Of a stretch of 64,000 nucleotides of DNA, positions 1-10,600 are shown one piece after another. The position numbers were made by a program, and so were the translations under genes. Each line of letters starts with the position of its first letter. The stretch's first letter is position 1. The notes beneath the pieces are model-generated. The model was not told the origin of the DNA. It did no database searches and worked only from the letters and a program-made list of their open reading frames with translations. Origin of the DNA: Salisapilia sapeloensis CBS 127946 (lineage: Eukaryota; Protista; Oomycota); contig JAADVB010000016.1 in NCBI GenBank assembly GCA_023334545.1, positions 1 through 64,000 of the forward strand, read 5' to 3'.

Positions 1-198
1 ATTGACTGCATAGCAGTAATTGTTATCTGCTTTAGCTTCATAAATCACGCACAGCTCATAGTCAGAGCTGCTGCTGCACTTGCCATTACAATTCGAGGTC
101 AACGTATTTAACTCCTCGTTGCATTCAGATGTCACTTGTGTAACGGATGCTGACAAACAGAATAGTTAGACTAATCTGACGACTATCTTTCGCACCAT
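1..198 (-). pseudogene. 5' part of a secreted/receptor-like Cys-rich gene, paralog of the gene at 16153, with an in-frame TAA in the signal peptide; runs off the window edge
   Basis: Manual translation from ATG 198: MVRKIVVRLV*LFCLSASVTQVTSECNEELNTLTSNCNGKCSSSSDYELCVIYEAKADNNYCYAVN. The TAA is at 168-166. The Cys spacing matches CNFEINKLTYKCDGRCDGYDACIVYD of the 16153 gene. Confidence 0.7.
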
Positions 199-729
199 TA
201 AGATACTCTTCTAGCAGCAAGATGTGCAAGTATATGATGAAAAGTGGTCGAATTTGTAGTGTACGCTTTCTAGTGCTGGCTCGTTTGTAGGAATATCGTC
301 CTGAGACAGGTTTACTGCTTCTCTTTTTCTCATGGAAGTCCCAGTAGTCTTTCATCAGTATTCGTCCTTTAGCTTTAATTGTAAAATAGCTAGTTCACGT
401 TAGCCGTCTTTAGGTAACCCACTGACCTTTAAAAGGAAGAACGGAAAATGGCAGTGAAGACTACCTTTGAGTGATCAGACTTGAGGTAGTCTCTTCAAAA
501 TATTCTGGATCCTATTGCTATTGCCAATTACTCGATGCATCACGTCTTTGATAATGTCTTTTAGCTATCTCAGAGATTTTGAGTGGATTCTATTCGTTAA
601 CACCTGCACTTTGTCTTCGCTTAGCACACGCTCATGCGCATCTCTTGATATAGAATTCAGTATCTGTTTATTTATTTCTATGCATCAACAGAATGAAACC
701 ATGGATTGAAAGGCTGCTTACCAGTGCCC

Positions 730-757
730 ACACTCGGAATCGCATGATTCCGAGTGT
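730..757. repeat. Perfect 12-bp inverted repeat (hairpin with 4-nt loop)
   Basis: ACACTCGGAATC-gcat-GATTCCGAGTGT, read directly from the sequence. Confidence 0.9.
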
Positions 758-2090
758 CGCGAGAGGAACGCTTTTATGTAGTACTAGTTTCGCGTGAATG
801 CAGGGCCCTTTAATTACTCCGGTCTTTCAATCCCAATAAACATTTCTTGAAATTATATCCGGGTGTTATTGCAAACATGTTGGCATCTCAAAATTCCTAG
901 TAAATCCTGTCTAGTGTATATCTACAAACAATAAACATACATGAACATGTAGCTGCATGCCAGATCGAATACACATCGCACTACCCACACACGTGCAAAT
1001 CGTTTTCCTAGTGATAGAATTACATTAATGCGACAGCGGTATTGCGATTTGGATGAAACTGGAATAGAAAAATATTTTAGCATGAAATCGTCATTCGATC
1101 TCGCACCCTTCTCTTTATTCAAACAGCTTTCTCGATTTCTACTCTGAATGTTGTCAGGATACTATTTTGTACCGATGACCAGCGTACCAACTGAACTGGC
1201 GTCGACTAGATGGCATGACAAGATAAGTTGTCAGACACTTGGCTGGGAGTTCTTGTCATGAATACTTGTTGGAAGATGCCCACAATGCTTTGATAGGAGA
1301 AGAGGATAAAAAGCTGATGTAATCCAGCTTTGGAATTTAAATTACTATGCGGGCTCTAAGCTCTATAAAGAGACGGAAAGCATGGAATAAACTTCATGAT
1401 CAGCGCTAGGCGCTGTAGTCATGGAGCTGAAGTTTCCCACATTTGGCACACTACATTCGGTATCTTCTCATTCGTTTAAAATTCTGCTATAGATCTACAG
1501 TAACTCATATATGAGTCAAAGCTGTATTGGAAAAGTATTGATTACCGATTATTCATTCCCTTAAACGAAAACGATAATTATATAGGGTTTATTAGAAGAC
1601 AAATACTACCGAGGTAGTGAATACGAGTTTATCTATGACAATGAAGTGGCATAAGAGAAGACGGACACAGCAGTCCATTTTAGTCGCGGAAACATGAATT
1701 AGTTGCTGGTAGAAGTCATCGATGACAATGGTTTAAAAGAAGACTAAAACGTACTTCGAGTCACAGGGGGAAAGCTTGCTTAGGGACCAATGCATGTAAA
1801 GTATAGAGATCGGAATTGCTATATGAAAGCCCTATTGCCAATGGAGATAAACATATCTTCAATTTTTTTCCACCAGCGCTCAAGCAGTACGATTCTCTTC
1901 TTATTTTGATCCCATAGTGGTCAAATCATCTTATCAAAGCCGCTGTTCAGTCATCTTCAGTCACGTTAGCTGCCGATCGCACTCTCGGTCATTTAGATCG
2001 TTTTTCAAAATGCTGCCCTCATACATTTTCAATTATGATTTTCAATTCCTTTTCATTTTCTCCAGCTACTCCTTTCGTAGGGCTTCTATA

Positions 2091-3427
2091 CTAAGATCTT
2101 TGTTTGGACTCGTCAAGTCGGGCAATATCAGTGGATGATGTCAACTGGGAAAAGGTATTCGGTGAAACTCCAGCTGATGGGCTAAGTTGCTCTGAATTGA
2201 ACTCATAGATTTCGCCAGCGCATATATCTTGTGAAAGCAGCTGATCCTTCCGTCAACTGAGATAACCTGGCCGGCTCAAGCACTGTGGATCCGCTACCTT
2301 CATCTTCATGTCGTCCAGCCATAATTTCTTGTCGAGGAACTTCATACGAATTGACTCGACTGGTGAATTGGTTGCAAGTGAAGCTGATTCAAAGCTTCTT
2401 GGTCAATATCTTTGATTCGGGAACGACATTAAAAAGTTCGATGGGAAGAATGCACTTCCCACAGATCAATGAGTTGCACAAACCGCAAGTGCAAGCTTTA
2501 CGCAAGGGACCAAACCTCTTTTTACAAGATCGGCATTCTGACTTGCTTTTAACTTTGTTGTCGCCTTTGAGCCCCATAATTCCTTTCTTGTTCACTCCTT
2601 TCAGCTGAAGAAGCCACGGAAGTTTTTTGTTTTGCACATTGGCTTGATGCTCAAGTGTTAATGAGAGCAGTGACTACAGTGACAACCGCGATGGAGCCGA
2701 GAAGGCTGTTTTTAAAACTTCTTAATACCCCTTGACGAACGTTTACCGATTGATCTCCGGTAGGCTTGAATAAGACACAAGTCGAAACACGACTACGTAC
2801 AATGCCTTGTTCTTTAAGGGGAGGAGTGGACGATAAGTCGACTGAATGGAGGAGATAATATCCAATGCGCTCATTATGATCAACTTGGAGTATTTCAGTC
2901 GCACGAATGTAGACAGTACCTCGATCTTTGATGATTCCTCGGAGAGCGGGACTTGGACTACCAGAGTACCATTGGAGAAGAATAGAACGATAGGAGTGTT
3001 CCAGGCTTCGTCACTCAATTTTTGAGAGAATTTGACACTTAGTTATTGGTGGTCCGAAGTAGCTCACATCTTGCAAAACTCCTACTACATCGCCATACGC
3101 GGGGCTATACAAGAGGTCGTCAATATATTTCGAGGTAGTTCCATTGCCGACGATGACACGAGGCATTTGCCTACCACCACTCCCAGTGCAGGGATCTTTC
3201 ACCATACGACGAGTAGGTTGTCGCTCACAGTACATGGTCATATTGTCGGATGACTTAATAGATTTTTAACGTTTGTCGCCCGTTTTCCCAGGAGCTGAGC
3301 GATCAAACTTTTGAGAATGCCGGAGCGTTTCGTGAACGAGGATCATTGCGATATGCTTTCAATCAGTTTTCTTTTCTTCCGGGAAGGTGAACCCTCCGTA
3401 GGCGTCTGCTATCCACTGCGTCGCCAT
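2091..3427 (-). pseudogene. Decayed START-like + FYVE family gene
   Basis: Fragments in shifting frames: KR*KSIKSSDNMTMYCER (stop at 3268-3266 where paralogs have W), RVIVGNGTTSKYIDDLLY...CQILSKIE, and the zinc finger CRSCKKRFGPLRKACTCGLCNSLICGKC followed by a stop at 2391-2389. These are colinear with the intact paralogs at 46465 and 52888. Confidence 0.75.
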
Positions 3428-3450
3428 TCGGCCGAATTTTCTTTCAGCGC

Positions 3451-3467
3451 GCTAATTTGAAAATGAC
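3451..3467 (-). promoter_or_regulatory. Oomycete INR+FPR core promoter of the START-FYVE pseudogene
   Basis: Minus strand GTCATTTTCAAATTAGC, 24 nt upstream of ATG 3427. Confidence 0.6.
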
Positions 3468-4427
3468 GTGATGATGCTATCGCAGTTCTCTAGGTGGAGA
3501 CGATACCGCGGGAATCTTTGCTCAAATGTTTTGCTTACCACCCTCTGTCGTATTTCCTTCTGCTTCAAGTGCTGCCTGAGCGGATACCGAATAAGACTGT
3601 CACTGGGCATTCTCAGACTCAAATCTTCAACACTATTTCTCTCTACTCGGTGCGAGGCATACTACTACATTGAACTTATAATGTCAATGAAATGTAGAAA
3701 TGCCGACGTACGTAATCATTTTGTCAGTAGACCAATATGTTATGCAAGCTAGATTCATCAGCTTAGCCGATTTACGTCCCTCCGTTCTTCAATTATAAGC
3801 TTCTTTGAAACTTCCGAAGGAATAAGATGAAGCCCCACACTCGAGCTTGGTGATGAAGATGGTAGTAGTATCATTAAACTTCGAAATAGGTCTTCTCTAA
3901 TTGGTGTGCTTGCCTTTTGATCGTAGCGAACAATATAATAGCAGGAAGTTTGAAGCGGAACTGCCAGAGGTACCCGTTCTAGGTTACCGGTAATGCATCT
4001 TCTTTGGATCGAACGGATAGTATACGCTCGCATTATGCACGCATATCGGGGTACCGAACAGCTTTACATTTAGCCTCTGGTTCAACCATTTAACCTCGTG
4101 CAGAAGCACATATCGATCACATCCACTAGACTGCTAAATCGAGAGGCATGGTCGCGGACGTGATGCACATCAGCGCTGATGGTAGATTTCGCTCTGTGTG
4201 CCCGCTTTCTCATTTAGCTTCTACACACCTATCCAATGGCTTTCAATAGATGCACTTGGTAGTTCATACAAGTCATGTCGATACTCTCATCATATGGACG
4301 GTTTCACTTTCAGCCGAAAGCTTGCTCAAGTACTCTGTGTATCAGCTTTTTGAGATATACTTGTTTCTATTATATAAGTTCATACGATGCCACTTCTACG
4401 GACACAAAGTGAAAAGCGCTCAATTTC

Positions 4428-6249
4428 ATGTGGGTACTGGACTTGGAGAGCTCCAACGGCGGCGTAAAGACATCCTTTTATCTTGTAGCAGGAAAATGGA
4501 CCGTCGGTCGTAAGAACTGCGATTTTAACTTCCATTGGGATACGTCTATCTCGCGTTCACATGCTACTTTGACCGTCGGGAAACTCAGCAAAGCCGAATT
4601 AAGCAACATCGACTCTCGTCCTTCGCTCATTTTTCGCGATCAAAGGTCTCGATTCGGCTCCTTTGTGAATGACGAGCCTGTTATGGATGATGAGCGTGTT
4701 CTAAAGACTGATGACCGCATTTCCTTTGGAGGCAAAGAAACAGTCCTAAAAGTACGGTATCAGCCATTTGCACTCGTTCCATCCAGACTCCAGCGTTCGA
4801 ATCGGCCTCACGTTGAACATGCTTGCATGCAACTGGATGTTCACCTGCTTTCGAATGTCCACACGAGCGCGACCCACTGCATCTTGGATCCCGGGAAGGT
4901 TGTCGCAACAGTTAAAGTGTTGTGGTCACTAGTACACGCACTTCCAATTGTTGCAACAAGGTGGTTGGACGCAATACTCGAACGTGAGAGTTTATCTGAG
5001 CCACTACCGAGATGTGAAGACTTTCTTCCAGTACAAAGTAAAGCCGATGCAAGTGAAGACGGTACGATCCTACCGTCCAACTACCTTCCGGATCCGAAAC
5101 GAAAGACCTTGTATAAAGACTACGTCGTCATTTTTCTATCTCAACAAGAATCAATCGAAGACCTGGTAAAAGCCATGGGAGCTTTTATTATCAGAGGATA
5201 CGACTTTGAAACTGCTGAAGAGGACGACTTGATAGCACATATAGAGCAACAGAGGCACAAATATCCTCATGCAGTCGTTGTAGAATCTCCCGTATACAAT
5301 TCTTCCATGTCTAGTGCCTCTCAGCTAAGTTCGCAAGCAGAGTCGCAAGGTAGGAGACAGATTCGAATGCTCGTGGAGCGACGTACGAATTTCTTCCAAC
5401 AGATGCAAGCCACTTTTATCACTATCCAAGAGATAGCAGCAAGCATCCTCTTGGTAAAGGCACCAGAAGTCAATGGGTCTTTCTTTTCCTCTCTTTTCAG
5501 CCACCGTCAAAATGAACAGGCATCGCCCCACAGCTTTCCAGACAATCTCCAGACACAGTCGATGCATGATGCAGAGGTAGAGCATGTCGAAAAGGAGGAA
5601 AAGAGTGTTCAAGTGACCCATTCACCTGCAGAGGCAGGTGTCGACAACATCATGGTAAGCGTACTTCTTAATATGAAGCTACTGTAGTCTCACCAGTTGA
5701 TAGGAATTGTATCCAAAGGTCAAACAAGAGCAACTGGATACACCCGTCGAACAGCATACATCGAATCATGATACAGGTGCAGTCATCGCTGCCGCAGACA
5801 AGTAAATTTTTACTAACGCATGCCTAGTCGAGGAAGAAACGTCATCACCTACGCGGACAGATACCTTTGATCGGTCTGAAACAGTCAAAGACTCTACCGC
5901 AAACTGGTTCTCTGCTCGGTCTCTTAAACGACAACGCGAGAGCGAGGATGAGAATGACATAGAGCATCAGATCGAAACGTCCAACCTCATCGTTCGAATG
6001 ACTGGCACCTCTCTTCCTTCCAATAGCTCGAATGACCATGTCGTGAACTACAAACGCTTTCGCAAAGGCAATATCCGTCCTCAGTCCTACCAATCTACCC
6101 TTCCACCCATGTCTATGATCGATGTAACTGTCAAGAACGATCGGACGGAAGAAGAGGAGAAACGAATCAAAGAAGAAGATGAACAAGAACGTGTAGCAGA
6201 TCAACTCTTCTCCATGGTGGAAGATCGTTCACGTCGAAAACGATTCTAA
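4428..6249 (+). CDS. NBS1: Nibrin (NBS1): FHA + BRCT domains and C-terminal Mre11-binding motif; 3 exons
   Basis: FHA motif WTVGRKNCD...DTSISRSHA, BRCT-like middle region, C-terminal NYKRFRK. Introns 5655-5703 and 5777-5827 (GT..AG, CTAAC) join the frames to the stop at 6249. Confidence 0.85.
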
Positions 6250-6268
6250 AAGAAATCACAATGTCCAG

Positions 6269-7390
6269 TTACTTGAATGTGCCGTTAAACAAAGCCTTCT
6301 TGGACAGTTGGAGTGACTGTCCCTTGTGCTGCTCAATCGCTAGATCATGCGACGCTTGTTTGATCTTACTCACCTCTTGCTCCGATCCATTCTCACTTGG
6401 CTTTTCAGGCAGATAGTACTCGGACTTGCGACTCGATCGACTGCTCTTGGATGCTAGTTGTTTCTCAGCAGACTTAAGACGAGATGCAAGGAGCTGGATA
6501 CGATCGGAGAAACGGTCGCGATTCTCATGTTCCTGAAGGGCAGACGAACTGAGCGTCCGCATCCATAAGAATTCTTCCGATAGGACGTTGACAATTTGAG
6601 AGCCCAAGGAACTCATAAAGTAGTCAATCTCTAACTCGTAGTACCTGTTCCAAGCACTTCCCCATCGTTCGATACGAGCGTGATCGTCCGTGACGATACT
6701 TCCATCCGGCGTCTCACCTGCAGGTGCCTGATGCTCCGGCGGGTACGCTCGGAAAGCACCCATCTCCGGACGTTTCTTCGCTAGCGTACGCAACGGATCG
6801 ATGACGATAGCGAGCCATGGATTGCCATGCTGGTCTTCATGTCGTTGCCACATAAGCTGCGTGCTCACGTCCGTGCTGGATAAAAAGGCATGACTATGCA
6901 CTTCTACATCGAAAGGGTGACTGTGATACCATCCCATGAACTTATTCTTTCGAGTCTGTTCCAACGTCTCTCCTAATGAGATCATGTAGTTCACAACTTC
7001 CGGATCTTCCGCCAAGACTCGCGTCTCGGCGCCTTCGATCGGTAGTGGAAAGCAGTCCGTGACGATCAAAGTCTGAGCGTCACTCGAGTCCTTCGAGCTG
7101 CCTGTTGCAGGTCGACCGAGCATCAATCCCATGACTTCCACCGGTTTCCCACCTTCCTTAATTCCTTTCTCAACGCCGGAATGAGCATGATGTAGCATCT
7201 TCATCGTCGCAGAAGGGGAGACGATGACTTTTTTAAAGTACTTTGGGTCCTTCATCCACGCCATCCTCGACTGTACTTCATTCAACGCATTTTCATCGAC
7301 ATTGTAGACAGCATCAACGCCCGACTCGTCCTTGGCACTCGTATCCACTTCCATTTCGATTGTTTTTCTTTTGTTTTTCTTTTGTCCCAT
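6269..7390 (-). CDS. CSN5: COP9 signalosome subunit 5 (JAMM/MPN+ deneddylase)
   Basis: EVMGLMLG, GWYHSHP...FLSSTDVSTQ, AIVIDPLRT, MGAFRAYP. Confidence 0.95.
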   Translation of the reverse strand: MGQKKNKRKTIEMEVDTSAKDESGVDAVYNVDENALNEVQSRMAWMKDPKYFKKVIVSPSATMKMLHHAHSGVEKGIKEGGKPVEVMGLMLGRPATGSSKDSSDAQTLIVTDCFPLPIEGAETRVLAEDPEVVNYMISLGETLEQTRKNKFMGWYHSHPFDVEVHSHAFLSSTDVSTQLMWQRHEDQHGNPWLAIVIDPLRTLAKKRPEMGAFRAYPPEHQAPAGETPDGSIVTDDHARIERWGSAWNRYYELEIDYFMSSLGSQIVNVLSEEFLWMRTLSSSALQEHENRDRFSDRIQLLASRLKSAEKQLASKSSRSSRKSEYYLPEKPSENGSEQEVSKIKQASHDLAIEQHKGQSLQLSKKALFNGTFK

Positions 7391-7606
7391 AGTATGTAAT
7401 TTAGCATTAAGGATATTTATACCTATTCAATATTTGTATGGTATCTCCCACCCGAAACGTTCGTCTCCAAGCTCACTCAAGTGACAAGCTACACCGGCAG
7501 TCGGCACCTGGAGCTCTCTTCCGCTTCCGGCACTTCGTTCACAAGCGTTACATTCATCGCTGCGGTTGCCGAACGTGCACAAGGCTTATTCTAGACCCTC
7601 ATTAGT

Positions 7607-10600
7607 ATGCGCAAGAAGCTTGGATCGAAACTCGAGGTCACTCGCATCGACCACCGTGGCCAACGACAAGTGCTGGACAATGCACGACCGGTGAAACTAG
7701 GCGACATCTACCTGAACGATTTGTCTGTACTTCAGCAGCTAGAGCTGCGTAACTTGACCGACGAAAGTCTTGTTGTCGGACTGCAGACGGAACTAGAACC
7801 TCCTTTCGACACCAGCTACGCATCTTTACAACTCGAAAATGAGAATCTAGAGCTTACACAGGAGTTTTCGACTTCTCATGTAAATTGTCCGAATGACAAG
7901 ACACTTCCAGACTGCATGCTACAACGAGAAAGTGAAGATCAGCTCCAGTCGTTTCATACTTATCTCCACGACAGCTACAATGAACTGTTTAACCACATTG
8001 GAGCAACGGACGAAGTGACTCTAGGTCCGAAAGAAAAAAAGATGATCTATTTCTCACTTTGTACGAAACGAAATGCAAAGCATAATGAGAACACAGGTGA
8101 TAAATCTCGAGACGTGGAAGACATTACCTGGTCTTCCCTCCTCGGTAGTCTCTTCTTAACCACCAAGACGAACCAAAAGGACAGTCAGGAGATCGTTGTG
8201 CCTCTTCAAGCTCGTGTCTGTCGCTCCATGCTACGTTTAGACGTAAAAGAGCTCCATTTCGACGACTGTGTACCAGGCGGAGCGTTCGAGAAGGAATTTA
8301 CGATCTGGAATCGATCAGAGATACCTCTCTTCTTTAAACTCGTCACTCCTCTTACTGTGTCCGACGAAGAAAAGCAGATCTTGTCATGTTTTGAACAAAG
8401 CTCCGGTCTACCGATTGCTGATCGGATACTAAAGGCAGATGCGCATGGCAGTGTCACTATTAAAGTGAGCTTCCATCCGACAGATGTGGGCGAACGATAC
8501 TTTGAGATCCACGTCCAGAATCTCCACGACAGTCGGAACGTTAAAATCCTAGATGTCCACACCGTCACGAATGAAGAGCATCATCGAGAAGGTCTGTCGA
8601 TTCGAAACGAAGACGGAATCACACTAGTAAGTGGCGATAACCTTGATTTCGGAGACTGCTACGCTGGTTTAGCAGCCTCCAAGACGCTTCTCATCCGTAA
8701 CACCACTGCTTCGACACTTCATGTCGAGCTATCCAGCGAACGTCCAAAGGAAATCACTTTTGAGCTCAAGCCACTGCAGAATCGAGAACCGACTGCTCGG
8801 TCCAAGCATCTGGACGAGCCGTTATCACCAATGTTATCGCCAGAGCTCGTGCCATCCACAAGAGCACAGTCTCCTGACGCACAAAAGAGTGGTGGAAACG
8901 ACATGGCTGGAACGTCTTTTTCCAACCTGGATACACTCCCAGCTCTTGGCGTTGGTGACAGTGATGAAGAAGTGGAGGAAGATGACGACATTAACTTGTA
9001 CGAAGATGACTTTTTACAGCCTAAACGGAATTCGTTTGAAGAGACAGCGATGGAAGATGCAGACGTGGATGATGACTTTGAGTTCGATCGGGAACCGAGA
9101 GGTCGACAGCATGACTACTCGCCGACAAAAGACTCGGACGAGAGTCGAGATACGTGGACGAGGACATCTCATCGAGGGTCTGATACAAGTAAAATGTCTC
9201 GTCAGGCGTCGAGGAACCACGACTTGGGGTACGATGACAGCCGCTCCATGGACGATGACAGTCGACCGACGTCTCCCGAGACGAGGGCCAGTACGCCAGA
9301 TGAAGGCGTGAGCTCCGCCGCAAACTTCCTCGTGGAAACCATCGACGTAAACCCAGGTGTCGAGCGCACGATCCTCGTGTGGTACTGTCCCCCGCCAGCG
9401 CCATTCGATGCTGAGAACGCAGACACAATGGACGTCAAGGGCGGTCGTTTAACAAAGCAGCACTTTCGCGTCCAATTCCGCTGCTTTGAGCATCAGGGGC
9501 CATGGGATCAAGCACAGAATCGAGTGTACGACCGGACACTCGGGAAGAGCCTAGACGTACGAGCTCGGACATGTACGTCCCTCGTCACTGTGACACCTTC
9601 GACACTACACTTGGGTGGATGCAATATCGGCGAGCTAAAGAGTTCGTCTTGTGTCGTGACGAATCATTCGGAACTACCGACGACCATCAAGCCGATTGTC
9701 ACGAGTAAAGTCGTATCGACTGTCCCGAACGACGAGTTAGAGCTTTTGCCGAAACAAAGCGCTGAGTTGAAAGTCGAGTTGATACCTCGAAAGACGAATC
9801 GCAACTACTCTCGTCTCATTTCCGTCGTGAATTTAAAGAACAAGGCCAATGCACCGCAAATATGTGTCCGATCGAGCAACATGGAGGCGCATCACGTCAT
9901 CTATCACTCGCTCTTCTACCGCCTCTTGACGTCGAGTAACACTGCGATCCTCAGCTTTGACCACATTGCTCTCAATTCAATAGGTCTACAGGTCTTTGCG
10001 CTCGAAAACGTCACGAACGCTCCTTTGCGACTAAGTCTCCAGAGCTCAGACCAGTCTCGCGTCAAGCTGTACTGGGTCCAGCCCCCTGTAAGTGAGCAGG
10101 AGCAACGTGGACGCTCTAGTCTTGAGCGTCGACAACCTCCTTCTGGCTCATTGCCTCCAGGATCGTCCAGGCCACAGCGACTGCAGAATAGTGAGAGAAG
10201 CGGAACTTCTGCTTCTAGTCCAGGAACCAAGTCTCTTTTCTCCCAACGCCGTGTACGTCGTCGTCGGTCTCTGGGTTCTATCTCTGAATTGCAAAAGAGT
10301 AGTCGGAAGAAGCCGTCGAGTTTAAAGACGTATCTGAGTAGAAATAATAATGCCACTAGTGCAGACAAAAGTACAGATAGTAGCGATACTTCTGTGAGGA
10401 AGAAGGGAAGGACTCGAGATAGCTTTTCAGAACGACCTCCGAGTGATCGTTTGACAAGGTCTAGTACGTCGTCCCAGTCGTCTGATACGTCCTTGGACAC
10501 CTCGAACGACGAGTTGACAGCGTTGCTTCAGCTATTTGAAAGCAGCAAGCACGAGTGTGAAGCCTACTGTCAGTCCAATGTCACATCGTACGAACGTGAA

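Noticed and set aside
1214-1260. 10-bp inverted repeat CATGACAAGA..TCTTGTCATG, and a 12-bp one-mismatch repeat at 18100-18136
   Set aside because: Short, with long loops and no target-site duplication; compatible with chance in AT-rich DNA.
5802-5827. Apparent 26-nt micro-intron in NBS1 (GTAAAT..CTAG)
   Set aside because: It leads to a premature stop; the donor at 5777 (51-nt intron) gives the frame that reaches the Mre11-binding motif.
9916-10500. 194-aa antisense ORF inside the 1508-aa gene, and 204 aa at 26406-27020 inside NOT3
   Set aside because: They overlay Ser/Pro-rich low-complexity linkers that have few antisense stops.
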